Below are positions 8,315 to 17,378 of a stretch of 64,000 bases of DNA, one piece after another. Each line of letters begins with the position of its first letter. Positions within the stretch are counted from its first letter, which is position 1. The notes under the pieces are model-generated. The model saw only the letters and a list, made by a program, of their open reading frames with translations, was not told where the DNA came from and ran no database searches. The position numbers and the translations under genes were made by a program. This DNA comes from an uncultured Candidatus Saccharibacteria bacterium. Lineage in GTDB: Bacteria; Patescibacteriota; Saccharimonadia; Saccharimonadales; UBA7683. The DNA lies in NCBI GenBank assembly GCA_964632215.1, contig CAZWBG010000001.1:495863-559862 (forward strand). The letters run 5' to 3'.

Positions 8315-9730
8315 CTATTCGTAGAATTGCTGATAGCTCGTGATTGTCCAGGTTCTATTGCCTGAAGAAAGTTTTGTACCAAATGTAACCGTACCCGCAC
8401 CGCTCATATCCACCGTCTGACCCAGGGCAGCACCTACGTTACCACTACCACCAATCGAGACCTTACCCCAGTAAGCTTGGAAGATCATTCCCGGCAGATT
8501 TGTTCCGCCATCAACGCGAACAGTTTCAACACCCTGCGAGTTTTTCAAATCATTACCAGTTAACGCCGTACAGTTCGGGTTGCAGCTTGCCGAGGCTTTC
8601 ATGCTAATAAAGTGAATACCTGTACCAAACTTGTTAGCGACCAACTGGGCAGAACCACCAATTGTGATCTTGCCGTCTACTAAGACCACCGGGCGAGTCG
8701 TACCGGCACTATCGTCTACCTTAATTTTTGAAGCACCACCGATAGTTAGATCTCCAGTAATATAAGTATTGCCCCTCATAACAATGTCACAACTTCCACC
8801 CACGTTCACATTACCCGTCAGCCTAAGATCGGCTGGCCACGTACGATCAAACGGCCAGTCAGCACAGACATAGGTATTAGAAGACCCAGTACCTGTAGTT
8901 TGCACCGCACCAACTTGTGCTGGCTTGTCATAGGTTGGGGTAGATATTGGTGGACTCACGCAACTGAGCAGTAACCCCTGGCCACTGCTACCTCCTAAGA
9001 TATTACCAGCAGGATCTGGACCTCGACTCGTTTGACCAGTTGCACAAACAGTTCCATAAATCTTGGTACTCCAATCCATGGTGATGGGCTGTGAGCTTGT
9101 ACAAACTTGTGGGTATGTAGGTCCTGGGGTATTGCCTGTAGGACACACCTGGTTCGCCACCTTCACCTGTAGTGGCTGGCTCTGCGTACCAATACGGGCA
9201 GCACCGTTGAGGCGAATTGTACCGTTCACATAAACATCGGAGTTCGTAATGTTCGCGCTACCACCCAAAATTAGCCCCCCAGGACCAGTGTGCACAGAAT
9301 AACCCTCCGACCCCGTACCAACTGTAGTAACTCTTACAACACGTGTGTTAATAAGCTTGTCTGAGCCATGCGCGTATATCCTCCCGATAGAAATGATGGT
9401 TTTTGAATTATCAGCAGCAGCATTTGTCACCGTTGTAGTAAACACGCCTCTACCTTGAGTCTCATTGTTAAAGAATTCCTGTTCTGTCTCATAACCCGCA
9501 AAATCGTCACTCTGGTTTAACTGCAGAATAGACTGCTCAACTCCTGCCTCAGAAAGTAACTGAGCGTTTGCAGTATAGACGTTCCGAGTTGTAATACTAT
9601 ACTGCCCGAGAATCAAGTTGGCGAGTGAGAGCCCAAGCACAAGCATGACGACTGTTAAAATCATCAACGTACCGAGCAGCGAGCCAGTTTCGTCTTGCTT
9701 CATACTTTTGTGTGTAAATAGTTTACTCAT
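8315..9730 (-). CDS. Large PilX-like pilus protein (candidate tip or minor pilin with beta-helix-like body)
   Basis: 471 aa. The N-terminus is a charged leader followed by LLGTLMILTVVMLVLGLSLANLIL. The body has Gly/Thr/Asn-rich units (NITNSDVYVNGTIRLNG; LTGNVNVGGSCDIVMRGNTYITGDLTIGGASKIKV). It overlaps the upstream minor pilin gene by 8 nt. Confidence 0.6.
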   Translation of the reverse strand: MSKLFTHKSMKQDETGSLLGTLMILTVVMLVLGLSLANLILGQYSITTRNVYTANAQLLSEAGVEQSILQLNQSDDFAGYETEQEFFNNETQGRGVFTTTVTNAAADNSKTIISIGRIYAHGSDKLINTRVVRVTTVGTGSEGYSVHTGPGGLILGGSANITNSDVYVNGTIRLNGAARIGTQSQPLQVKVANQVCPTGNTPGPTYPQVCTSSQPITMDWSTKIYGTVCATGQTSRGPDPAGNILGGSSGQGLLLSCVSPPISTPTYDKPAQVGAVQTTGTGSSNTYVCADWPFDRTWPADLRLTGNVNVGGSCDIVMRGNTYITGDLTIGGASKIKVDDSAGTTRPVVLVDGKITIGGSAQLVANKFGTGIHFISMKASASCNPNCTALTGNDLKNSQGVETVRVDGGTNLPGMIFQAYWGKVSIGGSGNVGAALGQTVDMSGAGTVTFGTKLSSGNRTWTITSYQQFYE

Positions 9731-10397
9731 TTCTAAAAACCATTCTCGTTGTATATTCAGCCGTTATATCTTTATTAAACTTACTCGTTGCAAGCTTAAG
9801 CGTCAACTCTACGGCTCGCGCTTGGGTTGGCTGCACCTCTTGGTTCTCACCGTTCAAGTATTTAATATCGAAACTCGTCACGTTTTTTACAAGCACTTTG
9901 TCTGCTGGGCACGCACTCGAACTTGCTGATTTCGGACACGAAGTAACAGCTTTATTATTGGCAACTGGTGCTGCTAGAATTCTCCGATATAAGTTACCTC
10001 CATTTACAAAATATATATCGTTGTTCTTATGCGAAATATACTTTGAGGCATCAGCAAACAAAATATTACCGTCGTGGTCTTGCGCCGCTGTAGCCAAAAC
10101 CAGCGTACTGCTTGTCGACTGCCAGCTCAAAAGATTAGTGGGAGCCCCTGGAGCGTGTTGGTCTTGCCAGCGGTTATTTTGGTCAGCCGTAGCCGAGAGG
10201 CGAATATCTTCATTAATTGTATCGAGCGCTATGTGTGTTTCACTCAGGAGATTGGCTCGCACTTCATTAATACTGTACTGAACAAGATTGTCACTCCAGA
10301 AATTTAAAATAACAATCAGCAAAAAGACTGTTACACTCAGTGCCACACTTGCCTCCACGATCGTAAAGCCAGACTGTGCGAGTTTCCGTAGCCTCAC
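9723..10397 (-). CDS. Minor pilin (prepilin-type N-terminal cleavage/methylation domain)
   Basis: 224 aa with prepilin signal MRLRKLAQSG/FTIVEASVAL. Confidence 0.7.
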   Translation of the reverse strand: MRLRKLAQSGFTIVEASVALSVTVFLLIVILNFWSDNLVQYSINEVRANLLSETHIALDTINEDIRLSATADQNNRWQDQHAPGAPTNLLSWQSTSSTLVLATAAQDHDGNILFADASKYISHKNNDIYFVNGGNLYRRILAAPVANNKAVTSCPKSASSSACPADKVLVKNVTSFDIKYLNGENQEVQPTQARAVELTLKLATSKFNKDITAEYTTRMVFRNE

Positions 10398-10801
10398 TGC
10401 GCAATACCAATCACACCAATAAGTGAACTTAGTTTTACTTCTCGATCTTTGCTTCCGTCGTTATAGCTAACTGTAACATCTACGCGCTTCAACCCTGGAG
10501 ATGGCTCGCTCACAACTACGGTGCCCGATTTTGAACTTGGCAAATTGTCTGGTAATTCATTCGTGAAGTTAATTGTTTGACCTGCCGTCAGGGTATTGTA
10601 GTTATTATTTCTTAACGATTCCACTTCTCGCTGCGCGGCCCTCGTAGCGCTCTCAAGCATGGCAGTTTTACGCTGTATACTCTGGTTGCTTAGGACGAGG
10701 TTGGAAATCACGACTGCCACAATACCAAAGACAATAATTGTCGTGATAAGTTCGGCAATAGTAAAACCAGCTTCATTTGTTTTCATGCTTATGTTAATCA
10801 T
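10394..10801 (-). CDS. Minor pilin (prepilin-type N-terminus)
   Basis: 135 aa with ...KTNEAG/FTIAELITTIIVFGIV. The start is ambiguous (ATG 10801 or ATG 10786). Confidence 0.7.
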   Translation of the reverse strand: MINISMKTNEAGFTIAELITTIIVFGIVAVVISNLVLSNQSIQRKTAMLESATRAAQREVESLRNNNYNTLTAGQTINFTNELPDNLPSSKSGTVVVSEPSPGLKRVDVTVSYNDGSKDREVKLSSLIGVIGIAQ

Positions 10802-10804
10802 ACC

Positions 10805-10833
10805 AAAAACTGCCCCAAATGGGGCAGTTTTTT
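10805..10833 (-). terminator. Terminator/attenuator after the major pilin gene
   Basis: AAAAACTGCCCC-AAAT-GGGGCAGTTTTT perfect hairpin with T-runs on both strands, between pilA and the minor pilin genes. Confidence 0.7.
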
Positions 10834-10854
10834 AATACTCTGTTACTTTCCGGT

Positions 10855-11250
10855 CTATTCACTAACTGTTCGAGTATAGGCAGCTGGTGTCTCTTTTTCT
10901 AGAGTGGCCGTTACTTCGTAGCCAGTACATTCACCTTCCACACAATCAACAGGAAGCGCAGTGTACGTGTAGCTAGCGCTCTTTGCATCTACAAGCGCAT
11001 CAGCAGGAAGCTCGCTCAAGACGGCTAGTCCCTGTGCAGTCGTAGGATACGAGTTGTTATCTGCTGTGTACTCAGCAAGCTTGCTTTCGATAAGACGAAC
11101 GTCAGCTTTGCGTTCTGAATCACGAGCACGTGCTTGCATGTTGTTGAACTGTACAAATACGAGGCCAGCCAAGATACCAATCACGACGATAACGATCAAG
11201 AGCTCAACGATTGTAAAGCCTTTTTGACTTAGTTGTTTAATTTTATTCAT
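10855..11250 (-). CDS. pilA: Major type IV pilin
   Basis: Prepilin signal MNKIKQLSQKG/FTIVELLIVIVVIGILAGL with Glu at +5. GGAGG lies 9 nt upstream of ATG 11250, whereas the track start 11259 is a GTG. The gene has its own terminator. Confidence 0.8.
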   Translation of the reverse strand: MNKIKQLSQKGFTIVELLIVIVVIGILAGLVFVQFNNMQARARDSERKADVRLIESKLAEYTADNNSYPTTAQGLAVLSELPADALVDAKSASYTYTALPVDCVEGECTGYEVTATLEKETPAAYTRTVSE

Positions 11251-11358
11251 ATTGCCCACCCTCCTTTGAGTGAAGTGTTTACTTTATGGTGAGCTAGCTA
11301 ACAAGCCAGCTCAATCCTGGTGGTAATTATTGCTTATGCTTATACCTCTTGTCAAGCA

Positions 11359-12585
11359 TTACTTAATGTTCTGGCTCAACTGACTGATAGGACCGAAAAC
11401 ACTTGCCGCAATAACACCTACGATAGAACCGAGAATTACGATCATAACCGGCTCAATAATTGAAGCTAGAGCGTTCACAAAAGCATCCACTTCCTCCTCG
11501 TAGAACTCAGCCACTTTAACAAGAATCTGATCAGTTTGGCCAGTCTCTTCACCAACTGCCAACATCTGGCTGACAAGTGGCGGGAAGACCTTGCTCTTTT
11601 CAAGCTGTTTAGAGAGTGGCTCACCTGCCTCAACCGCTTTAGAGGCATCGGTTAGTTCTTTGGCAATCACCGCATTACCAACGGCGCCTGAGGTGGTATT
11701 GATGGCATCGGTAATAGGAACACCTGCACCCATCAAAGCTGAGAAGGTTCGGGCAAAACGGGCAATGGCGACTTTGGTAAGCAGCACTTTCACAATAGGT
11801 ACCTTCAATAAGAAGCTTGCCCACTGATATTTACCTTTTGGTGTTTTAATGTACTTACGAAAGAGCACGACAACAACTGGCGTCACAATAAACATACCAA
11901 TCAGGAACTGAGGCGTCTTCATAACATCGCTAATTTTCAGTAGTATTTCTGTATATATTGGCAGCTTGGCATCTTCGCCACCAATATTTTTAACAATATC
12001 TCCGATCTTCGGCACAATACTGGTCATGAGGAGCACAAAGGCTACCGCGGTAATAACCAAAATCACTCCTGGGTACGTCATGGCGCTCTTAATTTTTGAA
12101 CGGATTGCAGCATCTTTCTCCTGCTGGACAGCTAATCTACGTAGTACTTCGTCTAAAATTCCACCTTCTTCGCCGGCCTTCACCATATTGACGTAGACCT
12201 CAGGGAAAGTCTTTGGGAATTCGGCCAATGCATCTGAAAGAGAGCTGCCACCCTCTATGTGCTTTACAACACTTGCCAGCTGCTTCTTTAAAGCTGGGCT
12301 GCTAGCCTGGCCCTGTAAGGTACTGAGCGAACGAGCCAACGGTACTCCGGCATTGACAAGTGTTGCAAGCTGACGGGTAAAGATGACGAGTTCTTTTGTT
12401 TTAACTTTGTTTCCAAATGGAAGGTCTGCGTTGAGGCCCTTCTTCTTTTTGATGGGCTCCACGCTGAGTGGGTGCATACCTTGTTTACGCAGCGCTTTGA
12501 CCGCACCCTCTCGATCTTCCGCCTCGACTGTGGCCCGAACAGTCGAACCTGATCTGTCTGTTGCTATGTAATTAAATTTTGCCAT
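11359..12585 (-). CDS. pilC: Type IV pilus platform protein PilC (T2SS-F family)
   Basis: 408 aa with a duplicated T2SS-F-type domain and TM helices. It follows pilB by 8 nt. Confidence 0.9.
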   Translation of the reverse strand: MAKFNYIATDRSGSTVRATVEAEDREGAVKALRKQGMHPLSVEPIKKKKGLNADLPFGNKVKTKELVIFTRQLATLVNAGVPLARSLSTLQGQASSPALKKQLASVVKHIEGGSSLSDALAEFPKTFPEVYVNMVKAGEEGGILDEVLRRLAVQQEKDAAIRSKIKSAMTYPGVILVITAVAFVLLMTSIVPKIGDIVKNIGGEDAKLPIYTEILLKISDVMKTPQFLIGMFIVTPVVVVLFRKYIKTPKGKYQWASFLLKVPIVKVLLTKVAIARFARTFSALMGAGVPITDAINTTSGAVGNAVIAKELTDASKAVEAGEPLSKQLEKSKVFPPLVSQMLAVGEETGQTDQILVKVAEFYEEEVDAFVNALASIIEPVMIVILGSIVGVIAASVFGPISQLSQNIK

Positions 12586-12593
12586 AATATCCC

Positions 12594-14375
12594 TTATTCA
12601 CGGGTAACCCGCAATATTTCTTCTACTGTCGTATCTCCACGCAGCGCTTTGACAAAACCGTCTATCTGCATCGTTACCATGCCAGATTTAATGGCTGTAT
12701 CTTGAATAACATCACTGGTTGTATCATGCATAATCAGATGTTGTGTTTCGGTCGTATTCTCAAGTACTTCATAAATACCGATACGGCCACGGTAGCCACT
12801 GTGTCCACAGTTATTGCAGCCTTCTTCTTTGGCTCGCCACAATCTTAGAATCCCCTGCTCGCTAGTAGCAAGCTCCTTATCTCGTATACCAATCCCTTGT
12901 TCTTGGGCAACCTTCTCTAGTTCGTGTATATGCTTGAGGGCCTCTGGTGTTCCAAGACCAAACATCTTCTTGATTTCGTTAAGTTCACCATCATCTGGCG
13001 TATAGCTGGTGCGACATTCTGAACAAACCTGACGCACAAGCCGCTGACCGATCACAGCTCGCACGGTTGAGGCTATGAGGAATGGTTCAATACCCATGTC
13101 GAGTAAACGAGGTAGACAGGTCGCAGCATTATTTGTGTGCAGCGTAGAAAAAACGAGGTGACCAGTGAGCGCAGCCTGCACCGCCATATCCGCCGTCTCA
13201 CCGTCTCGAACCTCACCCACCATGATAATGTTAGGGTCCTGACGCAGCAGAGCCCTCAAGCCTGATGCAAATGTCATACCAGCTTTAGGATTCACCTGTG
13301 TTTGGTTGGCTCCTACAATTTTATATTCGATCGGATCCTCGACAGTTGAAATATTAACTGAGTGGTCATTGAGCAACGACAGAACACTGTAGAGCGTCGT
13401 AGATTTACCGGAGCCCGTTGGCCCCGTTACCAAAACCATGCCATGAGGTTGAATCATAGCATTCTTAATCGTGGACAGTGAACTACCCCAAAAGCCAAGT
13501 TCCTCAAGATTCAGAGCCTTATTGGTTTCGTCGAGTAAACGGATAACGATTTTCTCACCGTCAGCTACTGGCAAAGTTGAAATACGCAAGGCGAACGTCT
13601 TGCCAGACTGCGTGATCTTAAATCTACCATCTTGCGGTATGCGTCGTTCGTCAATCTTAAGATTAGAGAGTATCTTAATACGGCTCGCCAAAGCTGCCTG
13701 AACTTTTTTCGGTAGCTTGTCGGCTTCACGTAGCACACCATCTACACGGTAACGAATTTGTACGTACTCTTCGCGTGGTTCAATATGGATATCTGAGGCA
13801 TTCGCCTTAATAGCGTACTCAATCAGTAAAGTAACCGTTTGGGCAATTGGTGAATCTTCGGCTAGATCTTCCTCGCTGACTTCGGCCTGGTCGCTTTCAC
13901 CCTCGGTATCTTCAGACATTACCTTAGTAAGTTCTGAACTCATTTCACCGCGGTAGAGGTCGAGTACTGCGGCGATGTTCTGTTTTGTCGCCAAATAAAC
14001 GGCTGGCTTGGCTTTGAGTTGCTTTTGCAAAAAATCAATCGCCTGCATGTCATCAGGATCTTCCATGGCGAGTTGCTTGATGCCATCTTCTTCCCCAAAC
14101 ACGACCGCGCTATAACGGCGAGCCATCCGTTCAGGTATCAACTTCAACAGGGTCGGATCAATCTTTTTAGGATCTACCTGCGTGAAAGCGATACCACTAT
14201 CTGCAGCGTACCACTGCGCTAGATCTTCGTCTGCCACCACGCCGCGGCGGATAACGACATCTTGCAATGTCTTCTTTTGATGCTGAGCTGTCTGCACTAA
14301 TTTTGTGAGTTCAGCTTCAGCTATTTTTTTATGTTCCGTCAGTAATTGTTTAACGGTCTTATCAGATATACGCAT
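12594..14375 (-). CDS. pilB: Type IV pilus extension ATPase PilB (GspE family)
   Basis: 593 aa with Walker A GPTGSGKSTT, GspE-type boxes and a C-terminal Cys cluster (CSECR ... CNNCGHSGYRGR). Confidence 0.9.
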   Translation of the reverse strand: MRISDKTVKQLLTEHKKIAEAELTKLVQTAQHQKKTLQDVVIRRGVVADEDLAQWYAADSGIAFTQVDPKKIDPTLLKLIPERMARRYSAVVFGEEDGIKQLAMEDPDDMQAIDFLQKQLKAKPAVYLATKQNIAAVLDLYRGEMSSELTKVMSEDTEGESDQAEVSEEDLAEDSPIAQTVTLLIEYAIKANASDIHIEPREEYVQIRYRVDGVLREADKLPKKVQAALASRIKILSNLKIDERRIPQDGRFKITQSGKTFALRISTLPVADGEKIVIRLLDETNKALNLEELGFWGSSLSTIKNAMIQPHGMVLVTGPTGSGKSTTLYSVLSLLNDHSVNISTVEDPIEYKIVGANQTQVNPKAGMTFASGLRALLRQDPNIIMVGEVRDGETADMAVQAALTGHLVFSTLHTNNAATCLPRLLDMGIEPFLIASTVRAVIGQRLVRQVCSECRTSYTPDDGELNEIKKMFGLGTPEALKHIHELEKVAQEQGIGIRDKELATSEQGILRLWRAKEEGCNNCGHSGYRGRIGIYEVLENTTETQHLIMHDTTSDVIQDTAIKSGMVTMQIDGFVKALRGDTTVEEILRVTRE

Positions 14376-14431
14376 GATCTTTTCTAGTATAGCAAATCAT
14401 AAGCATTTTAAACGTATTTACGTGTTGTGGG

Positions 14432-14440
14432 TGGTACAAT
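14432..14440 (+). promoter_or_regulatory. Extended -10 element (TGgTACAAT) 7 nt upstream of ATG 14448; possible leaderless transcript
   Basis: TGGTACAAT at 14432-14440. No Shine-Dalgarno sequence lies between it and the ATG. Confidence 0.35.
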
Positions 14441-14447
14441 AAAACAT

Positions 14448-15026
14448 ATGCTTGTCTTAAATACTCAGCTTGATAGCACCAACATTGTAAGTTTACAAAC
14501 TGGCGGCATGCTTGGTGCGGTGTCGGGTATTATTATCGACCCGCGAAAGCTCCAGATCGTGGCCTTCTACGTATCGGGTGCCCTCGGTCCTGGAAAGAAC
14601 GTGCTACATATAAGTGATATTCGTGAGTTCGGACCACTTGGCTTTATTATTGATACCGTTGACGATATCATGCCACTCGACGATAGCTTAGTGCGCCTTC
14701 AGGAGGTCATCAGCCTGAATTTCTCGCTACTTGGTAAGCAGGTTGTAACCGAGCAGAACAAGATCCTTGGCAAGGTTATTGAATACGTTATTGAAACAGG
14801 CGGATTTTATGTACAAAAGATCCATGTGAGCCAATCCTTACTCAAGAACTTCTCAAACAGTAACCTCATTATCCACCGTTCTCAGATTGTAGAACTCAGC
14901 GACAAGCGCATTATTGTTCGCTCCGCTACTGTACAGGAGCCAGTTGGGCTCGTAAAAGCTTTGAATCCTTTTAAGAAGCCAACACAGCCCCTGGCACCTG
15001 AAACCACCAAGCTGGAAGAAAACTAG
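14448..15026 (+). CDS. PRC-barrel-like domain protein (two repeats)
   Basis: IVSLQTGGMLGAVSGIIIDPRKLQIVAFYV and LLGKQVVTEQNKILGKVIEYVIETGGFYVQKIHV resemble PRC-barrel units. The track start 14427 is a GTG, so ATG 14448 is preferred. Confidence 0.5.
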   Translation: MLVLNTQLDSTNIVSLQTGGMLGAVSGIIIDPRKLQIVAFYVSGALGPGKNVLHISDIREFGPLGFIIDTVDDIMPLDDSLVRLQEVISLNFSLLGKQVVTEQNKILGKVIEYVIETGGFYVQKIHVSQSLLKNFSNSNLIIHRSQIVELSDKRIIVRSATVQEPVGLVKALNPFKKPTQPLAPETTKLEEN

Positions 15027-15712
15027 TCGGCACTCTCGGCCAGTTCGTCTAAAACACTTTTGATGAGATCATAATTAAAACCCTGCCCAGCAAGGTAGCG
15101 TGTAAGCTTGTCTTTGCTCTGGTACCGAGGTAATTTTTGTTTCTTACGAACAAGCAGTTCTAAGTTAGCTCTTTCGTCTATGTTTTCGTTTTGCAATACT
15201 GTCGCAATAATTTCACTGTCAATTCCTTTCGCTTGCAGTTCTTGTTGCAGTCGCCTTGTGCTAGATTTTTTTGTCAGTTGCCGTGATGCCACCCACGCTC
15301 GTGCAAATGCTTCATCGTTAAGGTATCTTTTCTCCTCTAGGCGCTGCAAAATTCGTTCAATCATGGCCTGGGTCACACACTTATCGACGACTTGTTTTTT
15401 ATATTGGCGTTCACCTTTTTTGTCTATATATATCTTTGGCTTTGGGTACAAAAATGTACGCCGTAAGTAGTCTTCAAGCTCCCGACGCGAACGAGGCCTT
15501 ATTGCAAGGTAACCCAGCGTCCGCTCGTATGCTTTACCAAAATTTGATTCGTTTTTAAACACCTCGAGTTCTTGAACAGAAATCTCTTTGCCAATCCGAA
15601 GTCCTGCTGTTGCCAGCTGGTATTCATTAAGTGAGAAACTGTATTTCTCATCAACATAGATCGAGAATCGATCAGTTTTTTTCACTTGTGGTGTAATCTT
15701 TGTGATCTTCAT
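15023..15712 (-). CDS. recX: RecA regulator RecX
   Basis: 229 aa of helical repeats with the LGYLAIRPRSRRELEDYLRR motif. Same strand as recA and downstream of it. Confidence 0.8.
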   Translation of the reverse strand: MKITKITPQVKKTDRFSIYVDEKYSFSLNEYQLATAGLRIGKEISVQELEVFKNESNFGKAYERTLGYLAIRPRSRRELEDYLRRTFLYPKPKIYIDKKGERQYKKQVVDKCVTQAMIERILQRLEEKRYLNDEAFARAWVASRQLTKKSSTRRLQQELQAKGIDSEIIATVLQNENIDERANLELLVRKKQKLPRYQSKDKLTRYLAGQGFNYDLIKSVLDELAESAD

Positions 15713-15768
15713 AAGCTGCGTCTCATATCTAGCACATTATCTCATACCTGCTACCAAACAAAGGAGTG

Positions 15769-16209
15769 CTACGCGTGAGATAGAATAAGTATCAACATGC
15801 CGCCCGTCCAAAAGAACTCTGGAATAATACCCCAAGAAGTTTCACTCCACTGAATTTTGGCATGAAAGCGATTGAGTGCATCGTACCTACCAGTCTTCCC
15901 AGTCTGACCCTTCAGCCCATAAAAAAACCAGGCGACATCGGGTGACATTGCTACAACGGCACAGGCGCCGAGTAACAAGAGGTTCGGTACACCGCTTAAA
16001 ACTAGTGTTATTGCCACCACCAGTAGAACTACAGCCTCAACCATAAGATACAGATACATCCGACGGCTACCAAATTTCATCTTAAAACCAAAATGGGGTA
16101 GCGCATCGCACGCAAAATGGCTTAAAAAAGCAAGGGGTAGCGCCAAAAGGGGTTGGCGTATAATAACTGCCACAGCGGCACCAGTTAAAGCATGATTTGT
16201 AGCCGTCAT
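15769..16209 (-). CDS. Polytopic membrane protein between recA and recX (weak YdjM/DUF457-like resemblance)
   Basis: 146 aa with about 4 TM helices. NHALTGAA...LSHFACDALPHFG is reminiscent of membrane-bound metal-hydrolase families. This is a weak, memory-based call. Confidence 0.45.
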   Translation of the reverse strand: MTATNHALTGAAVAVIIRQPLLALPLAFLSHFACDALPHFGFKMKFGSRRMYLYLMVEAVVLLVVAITLVLSGVPNLLLLGACAVVAMSPDVAWFFYGLKGQTGKTGRYDALNRFHAKIQWSETSWGIIPEFFWTGGMLILILSHA

Positions 16210-16246
16210 ATTCCCAAGTATACTTTACTATCTAGTGACCTATAAC

Positions 16247-17293
16247 TTAGTCTTCGGCTTTGGCTGCTTCTACCTTTACTTGTTTGATAATCTCTTCCAT
16301 CACTTTTGGATTATCTTTTAAGTATTGCTTGGCTGCTTCTCTACCTTGACCAATTTTTGCATCTTTGTAGTCAAACCAAGCGCCAGCCTTACCAACAATA
16401 CCGTACTGTACGCCCAGATCTACGGCGTCGCCAGTGGCCGAGATACCCTCGTTATACATAACATCGAACTCAGCTATTCTAAATGGCGGAGCGGTTTTGT
16501 TCTTCACCACTTTAACCTTTGTGCGGCTACCAATAATGTTCTCACCGTCTTTAATCTGGCCAATGCGGCGAATATCTATACGAACCGAAGAGTAGAACTT
16601 AAGAGCGTTTCCACCAGTTGTAGTTTCAGGATTACCAAACATCACTCCGATCTTCATACGAATTTGGTTGATGAAGATGACGGTACATTTGCTCTTGTTA
16701 ATAATTCCGGTGAGTTTGCGCAGTGCCTGGCTCATCAGACGAGCCTGCAAGCCCATGTGTGAATCACCCATATCTCCTTCAATTTCTGCCTGTGGTACAA
16801 GTGCCGCCACTGAGTCCACTACCACAAGATCAACAGCGTTGGAACGAACGAGTGTTTCACAAATTTCAAGCGCCTGTTCACCGTTATCAGGTTGTGAGAC
16901 AAAGAGATTTTCAGTATCTACACCCAAACGCTTAGCATATTGTGGATCAAGTGCGTGTTCGGCATCTATAAATGCCGCTGTGCCGCCCTTTCTTTGAACC
17001 TCGGCAATAGCATGCAGAGTAAGGGTTGTCTTACCAGAACTCTCAGGACCATAAATTTCAATAATTCTACCGGTAGGGAAGCCGCCGCCGAGTGCGAGGT
17101 CAATAGAGAGTGCGCCAGAACTAAAACGCTCTACATCACTTGCGTGGGAATCTCCCAACTTCATAATAGCGCCGTCGCCAAACTGCTTAGTAATTTGTTC
17201 CATAGCGAGTCCAAGGGCTTTTTGCTTACCCTCACTATCTGTGGCGCGTACGGTCATTGCTGCTTTATCTGATTTAGGAGTCTTTTTTGCCAT
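16247..17293 (-). CDS. recA: Recombinase RecA
   Basis: Walker [10 protein letters not shown] and full-length RecA-like sequence. ATG 17293 (GAGGG upstream) is preferred over GTG 17305. Confidence 0.95.
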   Translation of the reverse strand: MAKKTPKSDKAAMTVRATDSEGKQKALGLAMEQITKQFGDGAIMKLGDSHASDVERFSSGALSIDLALGGGFPTGRIIEIYGPESSGKTTLTLHAIAEVQRKGGTAAFIDAEHALDPQYAKRLGVDTENLFVSQPDNGEQALEICETLVRSNAVDLVVVDSVAALVPQAEIEGDMGDSHMGLQARLMSQALRKLTGIINKSKCTVIFINQIRMKIGVMFGNPETTTGGNALKFYSSVRIDIRRIGQIKDGENIIGSRTKVKVVKNKTAPPFRIAEFDVMYNEGISATGDAVDLGVQYGIVGKAGAWFDYKDAKIGQGREAAKQYLKDNPKVMEEIIKQVKVEAAKAED

Positions 17294-17361
17294 CTCTACC
17301 CTCACTTTCGGCTTTATCCACCCGTTTACTATCTATTCTATTATACCCGTCATGCATCTTT

Positions 17362-17370
17362 TGCTACAAT
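17362..17370 (+). promoter_or_regulatory. Extended -10 element (TGcTACAAT) 8 nt upstream of ATG 17379; possible leaderless transcript
   Basis: TGCTACAAT at 17362-17370. No Shine-Dalgarno sequence precedes the pilin ATG. Confidence 0.35.
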
Positions 17371-17378
17371 GTTTATAT

